Positions 39,299 through 52,609 of a stretch of DNA of 64,000 nt are shown in pieces. The translations under genes were made by a program, and so were the position numbers. This DNA comes from Octopus vulgaris. Taxonomy: Eukaryota. The stretch is from the NCBI GenBank assembly GCA_951406725.2, contig OX597819.1, forward strand, positions 88,536,001 through 88,600,000, given 5' to 3'. Numbering within the stretch: position 1 is the stretch's first letter; the number at the start of each line of letters is the position of its first letter. The notes beneath the pieces were generated by a model. It saw only the letters and a program-made list of their open reading frames with translations. It had not been told where the DNA came from and did no database searches.

Positions 39299-39889
39299 TA
39301 CATGTTTACACTATATACTGCGTCAGCTGTATGTCGAAAAATATGGTGATCAACTTTATAGTGCTACTTCTGCGTAGAATTGTAAATTTTTCCTGTTATT
39401 TAGGATTGAGTTCCTGAAGAAAATGAAAGTCAATTTTTTAAAAAGAAACCGTATTAATCTTAATTCTTGCATTATTTTCTCAATTTTCCTTAAGTTTATA
39501 AAATTGCAATGATACTGACCTTCGTGAAAGAACTTTTTCTCTGCCAAAAAAAAAAAAATTCTATAAATGCTTAGTAGTTAGTAAAAAATATGAAAATTAA
39601 GTATAAAACTTATTATAAACCTGAACTGAAATAATTATCATTCAAGAAAAATCTATCATCGGATTTTGCTAGTAAATTGTGTTTTAACCGATTCAAAAGC
39701 ATTTATACAATGTTTGAAAGATTAACTAGCTTATGAAAATAATTTAGAACCATAATTGAATATTTTAAATGTGGTTGAAAGCAGATGACCACGCTTTAGT
39801 GTTTATCATTTGTGACAGTGTTTTCCATTTGTAAAGCATTCTCTCACGCACGCCAATAATGTTGCAGAACCAAGAAATGCTTATCAATG

Positions 39890-40310
39890 TCAATACAAAC
39901 TTCGCTTATCTCCAAGTAATCGTTGCATATCTCCGATTCTGATTATCTTACTTGTGGCGACATTCAACCTGGGCGGGTTAAATCGGCTTCTTCTACTCAT
40001 GGAAGAAGTTTCGTGGGAATATGTGGATTTCACAAGCGGTCCCCAACAATCCCGCATGTGGAGACATCCTGTTTGCCGCAGATTGTCCGCAGACGCAGGG
40101 ACAGAACGACCGAGGAGCCGCCGGTTGCCGAAGCAGACACTCCGAGGATTTTCACCAGAGCTCCGTCTGCCGGGTTGTGGCCCTAATACCACTCGGTGTC
40201 AGACCAATCCGCCTTGGGTGGCCCTACCAGGAACCGACGTTCCCGACGGCATAGCTCTGACACTACCCGTTGCCAGCGTCCCCACCACGATGAGGAGGGG
40301 ATGGACTTTG
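39890..40310 (-). mobile_element. RTE-clade LINE 5' end (5' UTR plus start of the endonuclease)
   Basis: Minus strand CATCGTGGTGGGG...AGAGCTATGCCG...CCTGGTAGGGCCACCCAAGGCGGA; ORF start ...KIIRIG...RSLY resembles APE motif RIGTWNVRSL. Confidence 0.65.
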
Positions 40311-40981
40311 GGGATTATCACTTACAAACTAAAGGTGCACTGTCGTCGGTAATAAGTCTGAAGAATTAAATGTGCTCAATACATTCAGATTTCTTTTCAC
40401 AGTTTAAAAAAAAATAATAATTTTGAATAAATATTAACATTTATGCGACCGAAATTCGCTATGTTATGGAACAGTAGAAACTCTCACTTTCAGTCAACAA
40501 TATCGTAGGCAAAATATAATGGAGCTACAAATCAAAAAGATCCACTGTCACAGACACTCTCCGTTTGAGTCTATTCAGTTACTCCAGCAGAATTTCTACA
40601 TCAAATTTTGTATTTTAACCAATTCCTTGACTTATCCTTTTATATTTTCATCTCGGTCCTAAATCCTTCTACCATATCGTGTATAGTATCAAACACTGGC
40701 TACTTCCTCAATGCTTAGTATATAAACTCTTCTCCCTACTGTGTCATTCATACAACCCTCTACTCTAAACAAGACAAAGAAAAATCTTATGAGGGGAACT
40801 CAGCCTGCTAGAAATAGCAACCAAATTTCCATCACCTCATACCTGACCATCTTTTCGTTTTAAAAAATATATACTCTGTTAAATCACGTTTTATCATATT
40901 ATACATGTATGACATAAGCTGATCAAAGACAGCAATAAGGAAAACTTTATAACACTACGAACGTTACCATTTACCTCCGGG

Positions 40982-41047
<66 letters not shown>

Positions 41048-41249
41048 TACTATAAACTAATCTTGGTTGTATCGGTAAACAATGCGTTCAGGAGCTTATT
41101 TGTTTCTATACTCAGTTTTACTTCCATTTTTCTTTTAATGACATCACTGACGTCCCTTCCTGCTTACCTGAATGTTACAGAGCAAATTAGCAATGATTTC
41201 TAATTCAAAGTTAGTTTTTTGTTTTCCTCCTCACTAAGCGACACAACAC

Positions 41250-42320
41250 CTGGTTTTACAATATCCTTTTGTAGTGGAGTGCCTTACCTTTCAGATCTTG
41301 CACTAGCCGACAAGTGGAATGTATGTATCTATTACTGCTTGATCGTCGTACCTTGCTGGTACATCTGGGGCGTCTGCTCTTTCGCTTCCTGCGGAAGGAA
41401 CGTGTTTCATTGCTTAGGCGCCTCGTCTGCTGTCAACATCTGTGCGGAGGCTGGAAATGCGCAGGGATGCAGTGAAGCTGCAGTGTCAAGAACGATCCTC
41501 AAACGGCGTGTAGATATAGTCGTCCTTTGTCAGGCATATCGTTTCACGGCTCATTTCTTTGATGGAGCTGCAATCCTAGGTCAAGCAAAAACCAAAACTG
41601 GGCGCTTGACATCTGAAATGTCAGGCACTTGCAGCCCTCTACAGGCAGGAACTTCTACGTCTGTGTTCTATAAAGGACTAGTAGGGAAGAGTGATGACGT
41701 TTCCTGGAGGAACTCTCGGAGTCACTGAGAGTCAGCTGGCTGAATTGCACCGGAGAACCTTCAGCCCATAAACTATAGTTAATTCTCAGAAATCTTAGCC
41801 TGGTACTACTACCGGGGGAGACAGCCGGTTCGGGATAAACTCTACAGACACAGAAGTGCTATCAACTAGACCTTTCCAAAATGTGCGCAGAGCGATGACA
41901 CTGTTTTTCATGTTGTTGTCCAGTATCTGAGCATTACTGAGTTTTGCCGCATTGCTATAGTCGCGAGTAGAAAAAGAATTTGTCTATCAGCTGAGCCCAC
42001 CGTGAAGATCATACCACTGCCTTCCTTTGACCGAGAAAGGCTTGCAGTTTTCCTCTGTCGGATGATTGTGGTAAAAGAGGTTGTGCGATGGTCGAAACTA
42101 GATGGACTAAAGACTTGGAGTGGAAAATAAGGGTTAAGAGGGTGTGCTGCGACTCAATAAATTCTTTGAAAGGTGAGAAAGAATGGCGAACTCTAACCAT
42201 ACGCCTGTGAACCAGAACATTTTCTTTTGGTGGTCAACTTTACCGAAGTTTTGAGGGTTATCCTTGATTAGCTCTAAGCCGCCATCCCTTCGACTGGAGA
42301 ATTTTGTTTTTGTTATCACT
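41250..42320 (+). pseudogene. Decayed L1/Tx1-clade LINE 3' region
   Basis: About 41790-41930 reads LAWYYYRGRQPVRDKLYRH...PKCAQSDDTVFHVVVQY (zf-RVT-like region); many stops. Confidence 0.6.
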
Positions 42321-42399
42321 TTTTTAACATGCCATGCAAACCCCCACCATGCCTGTATTGAGACCTAATGTACCTAAAGCCGACATCGGAATCCCCGAC

Positions 42400-42666
42400 A
42401 CTGAGAGCATCGACGAATCGATGAATGCGCATCCAGGCTCAGCAGTTGCGTGGGAAGTCGGGGACAAGAAACAGGAAGAAAGAGTGAGAGAAAATTGGAG
42501 CGAAAGAGTACAACAGGGGTCGCCACCACCCCACCCCTGTCGGAGCCTCGTGGAGCTTTAGGTGTTTTCGCTCAATAAACACACACAACGCCCGGTCTGG
42601 GGATCGAAACAGCGATCCTCCGACCGCGAGTCTGCTGCCCTAACCACTGGGCCATTGCGCCTCCAC
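42400..42666 (-). mobile_element. SINE family C
   Basis: Homologous to 6505-6715. Confidence 0.85.
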
Positions 42667-43249
42667 TGATGCTGCTGCTGCAACTGCAGATGATGATGAT
42701 GATGATGATGATGTTGTTGCTGTCGTCGTCGTCGTCGTTGTTGCTGATGTCGTTCAGCTCTAAGATCAATCCTGATCGAACAGACCTATGTCAAAAAGTG
42801 CTACAGCAGTGAAAGTTTCGTCTTTCATTCAGACCTAATGTACCTAGGAATATATAATCCAATGTACACTAATATTTTCCTATTTTTTTGTTGTTTTTTT
42901 TTTTTTACATTTTGTAGGAAGTGGTTAAAAGGAGATCTATTTATTGTTTCTAGCAAAACAATAGCCCATATAACAAGCACTTATAGTTTTCATATTCCTG
43001 GTATAGCTGCCTTTGTAACCAATTGTGACCAACAGCTGCTATTGTGACCAATATTGCTGTTTACAACAAGAATATTGGCCCCAGATCTGTCCTAATGGAG
43101 CATACATATTCAAAGACACTGCAGCCATGACCATTCTGTCATTTTTATGGGTATATAGAACTATATTATCTGAATTGATCAGGTTCAGCTTCAACTTAGA
43201 GGCATTATCACATTGGCTTGTGGCCAATATTGTTATCTACATAAACTTT

Positions 43250-43515
43250 TATCTTTTATCTTTTATTTGTTGCAGTCATTAGACTGCGGCCATGCTGGGG
43301 CACCGCCTTGAAGAATTTTTAGTCGAACGAATCGACCCCAGTACTTTATTTTTTTTTTCTTCAGCTTGGTACTTATTCTATCAGTCTCTTATGCCGAACC
43401 ACTAAGTTAAGGAGATGTAAACAAACCAACACCGATTGTCAAACGGTGGTGGGTGACAAACAAACACACATATGTGGGGCTCAACCCGGGATCATGTAGT
43501 TAGCAAGCAAACTTC
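43250..43515 (-). mobile_element. SINE family B variant with internal deletion
   Basis: GCGGCCATGCTGGGGCACCGCC...GCCGAACCACTAAG...ACCACACAGCC. Confidence 0.8.
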
Positions 43516-43909
43516 TGACCACACAGCCCCGCCTGCGAGCCTGTATCTTTGCTTTTTGCTACCATTTTCGTTCTTGTTCGTTTTCAATGGTAATTTTTTT
43601 TTTAATTAAATTTTAAAAGACAGAATATACAGGAAAAAGTTTCACTGTGTTAAAACATGGTCAAGGTTTTCTTCGATTATCCAATGACGAATATGAGGTA
43701 TACGAAAATAAGACGAGATAGTCATGACTGGAATGTTTTAATCATAGTTCTGCCAAATCAAGATTGATGTAAGACAGTGGTTCACAACCGGGGTCCTCAT
43801 AAGATTTTGTTACTAAAATTTATGTACAATAAATTTGTTATACTCTAACAGAATATTTTAACAATGTTTTTTATATATAATTCCTAATAACATTTATTAT
43901 TCTTTTATA

Positions 43910-44325
43910 CTCTTTTACTCTTTAACTTGTTATAGTCATTTGATTGTGGCCATGCTGGAGCACCGCCTTTAGTCGAGCAAATCGACCCCAGGACTTATTC
44001 TTTGTAAGCCTAGTACTTATTCTATTGGTCTCTTTTGCCGAACCGCTAAGTTACGGGAACTTAAATACACCAGCATCGGTTGTCAAGCGATGTTGGGGGG
44101 ACAAACACAGACATACAAACATATACACACACACACATACATATACATAATATACATATATACGACGGGCTTCTTTCAGTTTCCGTCTACCAAATCCACT
44201 CACAAGGCTTTGGTCGGCCCGAGGCTATAGTAGAAAACACCTGCCCAAGGTGCCACGCTGTGGGACTGAACCCGGAACCGTGTGGTTGGAAAGCAAGCTA
44301 CTTACCACACAGCCACTTCTGCGCC
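43910..44325 (-). mobile_element. SINE family B, full length
   Basis: Reverse complement of 18889-19290. Confidence 0.9.
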
Positions 44326-45025
44326 TATTATGAAATTATTTATTATGAATTTTGTTTTAAACATTGAACGGTTATGAGGGTCCATCCGAGTAAAATACGA
44401 ATCAAAGGGATCCATAGGTAAAATATGGTTAGGAAACACTGGTCTAAGGACTAAACAACAACAACAACAATAACAACAACGACGACGACGATGATAAATC
44501 ATTCAAAATATGAATGAATGAATGAATATTCCTATCTTAATGACTGAGGGTCAGAGGTATCAGTACAATTCCCATTTCTTCGCCACACACTGCGGTCTCG
44601 TGCTGCAGCCATACACTCCTCCAAAATCCTCTTTGTTTAGATCTTGATGTCAATGTGCCATCATTTTCTTGTTGTCCGCGAGCCAGTTTTTTTTTTTTTT
44701 TTTTTCTTCTTCGTTCATTACAGCCCCGAGGATGTGAGCAACAGAGGTTTCTAGCGCAAATTTGCCTGCTGTGTTGTCAGTCATTCAGGGAAAGATATTC
44801 AAAGAAACCAAACCTACAGTTTTCTTTCTTCCTTTATGAAGGTTTTATTTTTATATTTCGATTCTATCATATCCTTACAGTCAATGTGATGTGAAGAGGA
44901 AAAAAAAAAAACATACTATTTTACAGAAATTTTTCAGTGCTTCGATGCACAAGTCTTCTCGATGTATAAATAAAATAACAGTAATTTTGATAATAATGTT
45001 GATGGTGATGACGATAGGGAAGAAA

Positions 45026-45061
<36 letters not shown>

Positions 45062-45381
45062 TTCATGATGATAAATGCCAATTTAATGTTATGTTTTGAA
45101 TTATCGTTTCTAAAGGCAAAAAAAAAGAAAAAAAAATTGGGTGGGGAAAATTGTTTTTGCTCTTTTCTGTTTCTTTCCTTTCTTTTTTTTTTTTTTTTGT
45201 CTCTTTTTCAGAAATCGATTTGTCAGCTAGAATATTATAGAACTATAATATTCAGTTTTAACTTGCTTATTAAAATACACGCGTAAACACATGTGCGTGT
45301 GCGTGTGTGTTTGTATGTGTATGTGTGGTGTGTGTATATGTGTGTATGTGTGTGTAAAGAGACATACACAAGTTTGCGTCT

Positions 45382-45382
<1 letters not shown>

Positions 45383-45441
<59 letters not shown>

Positions 45442-45547
45442 ACATATATAGACATATATATACATATATAGACATACATATATATATATGTGTGTGTATT
45501 ATATATATATTTTTGTATATATATATGTTTGAGTTGATATATAAAAG

Positions 45548-45595
<48 letters not shown>

Positions 45596-45613
45596 AAAAA
45601 AAATATATATATT

Positions 45614-45645
<32 letters not shown>

Positions 45646-45705
45646 TTGTGTTATTATATATATATATTTTTGTATATATATATGTTTGAGTTGATATATA
45701 AAAGA

Positions 45706-45758
<53 letters not shown>

Positions 45759-45803
45759 ATTATATATATATTTTTGTATATATATATGTTTATTATATAT
45801 AAA

Positions 45804-45855
<52 letters not shown>

Positions 45856-45932
45856 TATATATATATATATTTTTGTATATATATATGTTTGAGTTGATAT
45901 ATAAAAAAATATATATATATATATATATATAT
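45383..45932. repeat. (TA)n-rich higher-order tandem repeat
   Basis: TTTTTGTATATATATATGTTT(GAGTTGATATATAAAA) recurs four times between variable (TA)n tracts. Confidence 0.85.
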
Positions 45933-46298
45933 TTGTGGAGTATGTATGCGTTTTATAATTACCCTTTAGGCCTCTCAATCGATGAAATAACGGAATGTAA
46001 TCTTATTTAATTTTTATAATCGTTTGTGTTGTGTTTTTCACTTCTAATACGGTTGTGTGTCTATGTGTATACTTGCTGTCTTCATTAAGATGTTTCCTTA
46101 TATGTTTCTTTGATATCATTGGACACTTTTTTCATATCTACCTTCTTTCAAAGTGTTAAAATACAAAATACAAATGAAAATAATTATAAATAAATTAATA
46201 AATAGATAGACGTGTCGATCTCGTAGGGTTAACGGAGAGATTCTTTTAAACTTTTGGCAAAAACAACCAAGCGCTGCGGGAGATATAATCGTTTACAT

Positions 46299-46395
<97 letters not shown>

Positions 46396-46411
46396 CATAT
46401 GTATACATATA

Positions 46412-46478
<67 letters not shown>

Positions 46479-46638
46479 CCACACATATATATATACATAC
46501 ACACACACACACATATATATATATATAACTTACATAGATATACATATATATACCTACATGCATATATATACATATATACAAACATACAAACATACATACA
46601 TATATATATATATATACATATATGTACGTGTATATATA

Positions 46639-47084
46639 CTACTACTACTATGGCAATCCCTCAAGGTCGAGGATGATGGTCTTCGCGCAAATTTATTGGT
46701 GAGTCCGCAGGTGACTGATAAGACCAATTCTTGCTCGAAAAGATCGGTCACAGTGCGGACATCTAGTGCCGGAAGGGAGAGTCGCACGTGGTTGTTGTTG
46801 GCGCTCCTTCCGTCGTCGTCATTTTCTCCTCCAGCTCTGCAGACCTTTTCGACTCGAAATTCGCCGTTCCCTCATGGATGGTGGTTTTCCAGAGTGGTCT
46901 GTTTTTTGCCGTTTCCTCCCAGTTGGTGAAGTCAATGTCACACTTTTTGAGGTTCGATTTCAGGGAGTCCTTGTAGCGTTTCCTCTGGCCTCTAAGATGG
47001 AGCGGCCACGTGGTTAGAATGACTGACGAACGACTTCCCAAACAGATCTTCTACTCCCAACTCAAAGACGGCAAGCGTACAAAA
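46639..47084 (-). mobile_element. 5'-truncated, 5'-inverted RTE-clade LINE insertion with 13-bp TSD
   Basis: Minus strand [11 protein letters not shown]...[22 protein letters not shown] plus (TAG)n tail; plus strand 46991-47080 [29 protein letters not shown]; TSD ACGTGTATATATA. Confidence 0.88.
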
Positions 47085-47100
47085 ACGTGTATATATATAT

Positions 47101-47288
47101 AGCATTGCTTGACAACCGATGCTGGTGTGTTTACGTCCCCGTCACTTAGCGGTTCGGCAAAAAGAGACCGATAGAATAAGTACTGGGCTTACAAAAAGAA
47201 TAAGTCCCGGGGTCGAGTTGCTCGACTAAAGGCGGTGCTCCAGCATGGCCGCAGTCATGAAACAAGTAAAAGAGAGTAAAAGAGAGTA
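47101..47288 (+). mobile_element. SINE family B, 3' half
   Basis: GCTTGACAACCGATGCTGG...CAGCATGGCCGCAGTC. Confidence 0.88.
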
Positions 47289-47343
47289 TATATACATATA
47301 CATACAGAGTAAAAGAGAGTATATATACATATACATATATATA

Positions 47344-47844
47344 TTGAGTTGTCCGAAAAGTTCGTGCCGATTTATAGTAGCTTAAGTTTCGACTTATTTC
47401 AGAACATGGTTGAGTCCATAAATTAGAATTTGACTACACCTCCATTTAGAGCACAGTTTAAGCTATCTTTTCGTGGAAGAAGGTTTATGTTCCTATAACC
47501 TGTGTTAATTCTGTAACCCTTTAAAAAGGAAGATAAGAAAGTTCATTTTCAGCACTTGATGCTTTGGTTAAATCAGGTGGGATGTGTTACTCCACCCTCC
47601 ATATTCACCAGATATTACTCTTTTAGATTTCCACTTATTCAGGTCTCTGCAGAATAGTCTTAATGGTAAAAATTTCAATTCCTTGATGAATTCTTTGCCA
47701 TGAAACCACCTCAATTCTGGAAAGATGGAGACGCATTGTGCAACAAAATGGTTCATATTTGGTTGATTAAAAATGTAATGGCAAGTATTTATTGACCTTT
47801 TTACTTTCCTTTAAAAATCAGCACGAACTTTCCAGACAACCCGA
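47344..47844 (+). mobile_element. Internally deleted mariner (DD34D-type) element
   Basis: TIRs TTGAGTTGTCCGAAAAGTTCGTGCCGATTT / AAATCAGCACGAACTTTCCAGACAACCCGA, TA flanks; WDVLLHPPYSPDITLLDFHLFRSLQNSL. Confidence 0.88.
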
Positions 47845-48022
47845 TACATACATACTTATACATACTTACGTATATACATATACATATATACACACACATA
47901 CATATATACATACAAACATGCATGCACACATACATATATGCATACTTACATGCACACATACATACATACATACATACATACATACATACATACATACATA
48001 CATACATACATACATACATACA

Positions 48023-48054
<32 letters not shown>

Positions 48055-48114
48055 CACACACATACACACACACATACACACATACATGCATACATACATA
48101 CATACATACATACA

Positions 48115-48145
<31 letters not shown>

Positions 48146-48261
48146 GTTAACTGTGAACTTCCTAGTAGAAGTTGAATGTAAGGAAGCCGAATAGAAGAGA
48201 ATTATCTATAAACTGTAAACACGCGTGTGTATGTGTTTGTGTGTGAGAGAAAGGGAGAAAG

Positions 48262-48299
<38 letters not shown>

Positions 48300-48585
48300 G
48301 GGGTGAGAGAGAGAAAAGAAAGAAAGAAAGAAAGAAAGAAAGAAAAAAGAAAGAAAGGGCGTGAGAGAGAAAGAAAGAATGAATGAATAAATGAAGGAAG
48401 AAAGGAAGAAAGGAAGGAAAATTACAAAATGTTTTGTTTTCCTTAATATAATTTGAAATACTTAAATTCCTTATGTTTGTTTACATCTGTTATTCTAGAA
48501 TTCTTGAATATTGTTATTGGAACGAATACACCCATACACAGACGCTCGCGCGTGCGCAACTGAGGTAGGATATGTTTCGTTATGT

Positions 48586-48639
<54 letters not shown>

Positions 48640-48970
48640 TCATCTTCTCGGCCCACAAACTCCTGCGAGGCTCTGGTGAGGTAGACTCCTCAGGCGCTTT
48701 CTCCATAGGGTCTTATCTGAAGCTAACGTCATTACTGTTTTCTGTTGGATTTCCAAGAGGGACCAGCTTAGAGCTTGGATATTATTCCACCATCTCGTTC
48801 TTGGTCTACCACTATGTCTCCTGTATGTTGCCTAGCTTGAAGATTCGATCTTACCATTCTTTCCTGCGACATTCTAATCACATGTCCGTTGTGCCGGTAC
48901 TTAGGCCTCTCAATCCGGAGAAGTAGTGATTTCCTGTGGAGAAACACCCTGATTTCCGAACTACGCACCC
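48640..48970 (-). pseudogene. RTE LINE 3' fragment
   Basis: SLLLRIERPKYRHNGHVIRMSQERMVR resembles RTE LLRIERSQLRWFGHV.RM. Confidence 0.7.
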
Positions 48971-49338
48971 AGATACATATATACGCATGCACACACACAC
49001 ACACATACACACACACACACACACACACATACACACACACACACGCGCGCGCACACACGCACACATGCACACACGCACACGCACACACCTTTTCGACAAG
49101 TTTCTTCTGTTCTTTTCTTTTCGTGACTATCCTATATTTCGGAAGAAAAGTGAATATTCGAACCGTTAAAGACATTTCCTTCTTTTCTTCCACATTCCCT
49201 AAGCATCAAAGTAATATCAACTTTATATTCAATTACAATTTTTCCTCATCTCTGTGATACATTTTTCGTAACTTTTATGTATGTGTGTGTGTATGTGGAA
49301 AAATACACATATGTAAATATATATGTATGTACCAATAA

Positions 49339-49369
<31 letters not shown>

Positions 49370-50390
49370 TGTATGTATGTATGTATGTATGTATGTATGT
49401 ATGTATGTATGTTGATAAGATTGAGAAGTTTCACACGAGAAAATTTATACCGAAATAGAAAACGCTTTCAGACTTTATCATAAGTAAAGAAAAGAAAATA
49501 TTTACGCTTTCAACAAGATATGCTACTGGTTTCAATCGTTTTTAAGACGATTTAGTCATGGTGTAAGAGAATGGATGAGAAATTCAAATAAATTAATTAA
49601 ATCTAGCTTTCATGATATCACTTCCGGAAGTTTACTTGTTTTTCTTGCAAAAGTCACCTGGTTGGTTTTCTTGCGATGGCTGATGTGAAAATGGCCAATG
49701 GGATTACTCATGTACGCAATGTTTTTTTTTTTTAATGTTAACGTGGAGGGATGTTGGGTGGATGCGACTGTTGTTTCTTGTAGATTCAGCTATCAAGTCG
49801 AAGCTCTTCCCCACTCAGGTTTAAAAATTAATATTATTAGAATATAGTAATTTACTTGAAGCGTAGATGATATAAACGTGTGGAAAATAACCTTTAAGCA
49901 AGCAGATGAGAAATTAGGTAAAATATGTGAGGTGATAAATGAAAACAAAGAGAAAAAAGGTTGTATTACTTTACACGCGTTGTTTAATTATTCTATAATA
50001 GTCCATGAAAAATAACCCTTTTTAAACAGAAGAAAGAAAATAATCAAAATATTCGGAGAAATGTGTTGTTACTGGCAGAAGGTTTAAGTATGCTGTCATA
50101 TTGTTTGTTAGTAATGTTACATCTCTTTATGCTCAGATTTGAAATCTCACTGACAGGAATACCAGTGAAATACTGATTTAATTAACTATATCATTCACCA
50201 CAAATGCGTAGTCTTGTGACCATGTTAGAAATCAATATTATTGGTAATAAGTAATCATAGACTAGTACCAATGCAAAAAATTAATAAGCGATTTGTTTTA
50301 ACTGAACTATTTTTAAATATGGTACACGAACGAATTTTGCCGCAAGGAAAGATTTAAATTATCCAACACAATAATTCACTTCTGCCTTTT

Positions 50391-50999
50391 TATTTCTTTA
50401 TTGCCCACAAGGGGGCTGAACATAGAGAGGACAAACAAGGACAGACAAAAGGGTTAAGTCGATTACATCGACACCAGTGCGTAACCGTTACTTAATTTAT
50501 CGACCCCGAAAGGATGAAAAGCAAAGTCGACTTCAGTGGAATTTGAACTCAGAACGTAACGGCAGGCGAAATACCTATTTCTATTTCTTTACTACCCACA
50601 AGGGGCTAAACACAGAAGGGACAAACAAGGACAGACACACGGATTAAGTCGATTACATCGACTCCAGTACGTTACCGGTACTTATTTAATTGACCCCGAA
50701 AGGATGAAAGGCAAATTCGACCTCGGCCGAATTTGAACTCAGAACGTAGCGGCAGACGAAATACCTATTTATTTACTACCCACAAGGGGCTAAACACAGA
50801 AGGGAAAAAACAAGGACAGACAAACTGATTAAGTCGATTACATCTACCCCAGTGCGTAACTGGTACTTAATTTATCAACCCCGAAAGGATGAAAGGCAAA
50901 GTCGACCTCGGTGGAATTTGAACTCAGAACGTAACGGCAGATGAAATACGACTACGCATTTCGCCCGGCGCGCTAACGATTCTGCCAGCTCGCCGCCTT
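50391..50999 (-). mobile_element. SINE family A head-to-tail trimer (one head, three bodies)
   Basis: Unit of about 185 bp repeated three times with junction GAAATACCTATTT. Confidence 0.92.
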
Positions 51000-51746
51000 C
51001 TACCAGACAGAAACCCACAATGTATCACTGAAAGACAGTAAATATATCTTCCGTATTATTCTTCCATAAGTTAATTCTTTGTGCTTTCCAATATCGGTAT
51101 ATTGGCGTATCGTAGAGGATATCATTATGATGCCATTGTAAACTTAATCGAAAATACAAAACAAAATGTACATTACATCTTACCCTTAGATATAACCTTT
51201 ACCATTTCCATACCAGATTATTCCCAGTTACCGTGACGTAATAGAACAAAAGCTAATTGTCAGTGAATAGGTGGTGGGGGGCACCTTATTTTTGATTCTC
51301 TGCATTATTCAATTTACTGCACCTGTTGTGAACATATTTCAAATGTAATACACCTCGTATGTGTTTCGTTTATTTGGAAAACAATCAAGAATTTTCAGAA
51401 CTTTAGTAAAACTATCTAGCTTTTTGATTACTAAGATGGTGATTGGAACAAAGTTTCTTATATAAAATTATGATGCAAGTTTAAAGTGTTTTAATTTAAA
51501 CACACGGCTTTCTGTCCTACAAATGGAGCTGTCTCAAACAGGGTAATATCAAATTTATTTAAGGTACTGACATCATAATAATCTCAACTAACTTCAGAAA
51601 TAAATCTGGATCATTAACATTATTTTTTTAGTAAGTTAATCCAGAAATTAAATAAATTGCAAAGTATGCATACGTATTTCATTTGTATCAAACGATGAAC
51701 GACGGGCTATAGCTTATCTAAACCGGTTGAGTTACAATTTAGGTAA

Positions 51747-52141
51747 TCTTTATATATAAAAGTGAAGTTGTGTCTGTCTCCTACGATTTAGATTCCTAAC
51801 TACTCCCACATTTTGCGGTGCAGTTTAACTAAAACCGGGTATCTTATAGTCGTGATTCATATCGAGCCCTTCTGGGTATTAGCGCGCGTCTACGATGAGT
51901 CTACGATTTTAAAAAAATTTACCATAATTTTTTCCATTTTAATGCATTTTTTCGCTATTATATAAGGGAAGTAACTCTCTAAAAATGTCTACGATGAGTC
52001 AACGATTTAAAAAAAAATTTACCATCATTTTTTTCCCATTTTTAATGCATTTTTTTTGCTATTTTTTTTCTATAACTCTCTAAAAATGCTTATATAGTTA
52101 TTTCCCTTACAAACCCGAGCAACGCCGGGCGATACTGCTAG
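51747..52141 (+). mobile_element. Non-autonomous Helitron
   Basis: A|TC start, 3' hairpin CCCGAGCAACGCCGGG, CTAG|T end, no TSD; second copy 63565-63964. Confidence 0.88.
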
Positions 52142-52609
52142 TGTGAGATAAAAACGTACTCTGCTGTTTTGCCAAGCCCAGCTTTTACCAAATCCAGCTT
52201 TACCTTTCGTCTTTACGGGCTTCATATGTTAAATACCTTTTAAAATATAACTGTTGAACCACTTCGTAGTTCTCTTTTCGTAATAAAAGTGGTCTGCTGC
52301 ATAAAGTGACTTCTTGTGCAAATGCCATGTATTATTACAATCTGAGTAAAATACCCGTTTCTGAAGCGCTCATCAAAATAGAGAGATTATTGTTTAACCC
52401 TAGATCTGCACCCACAGAGCAGATCCTCGATCAAAGATATTCAAGGCATAACCATCTCGACTTTTTGCAAACATGTGTATACTTGAGACAACATCATTCA
52501 ATGTAACCGTCTTTAAAAGCAGTAGTATGTAATTTGTGGGAGACTGAAATGCTATTTCTAGCAAATAGTCTTGCCAGAATTGCAATACATACTTTTCAAG
52601 CCATCTACC

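Noticed and set aside
40355-40395. CTGAAGA as another hammerhead (also 21157, 27914, 35728, 36793)
   Set aside because: No stem II followed by GAAA and a UH triplet could be built.
45383-45932. Higher-order AT repeat as a functional array
   Set aside because: Looks like slippage or noisy long-read consensus in a (TA)n tract; no independent support.
50391-50999. CRISPR-like regular repeats
   Set aside because: Whole 185-bp units repeat with no unique spacers; eukaryotic SINE multimer and no cas genes.
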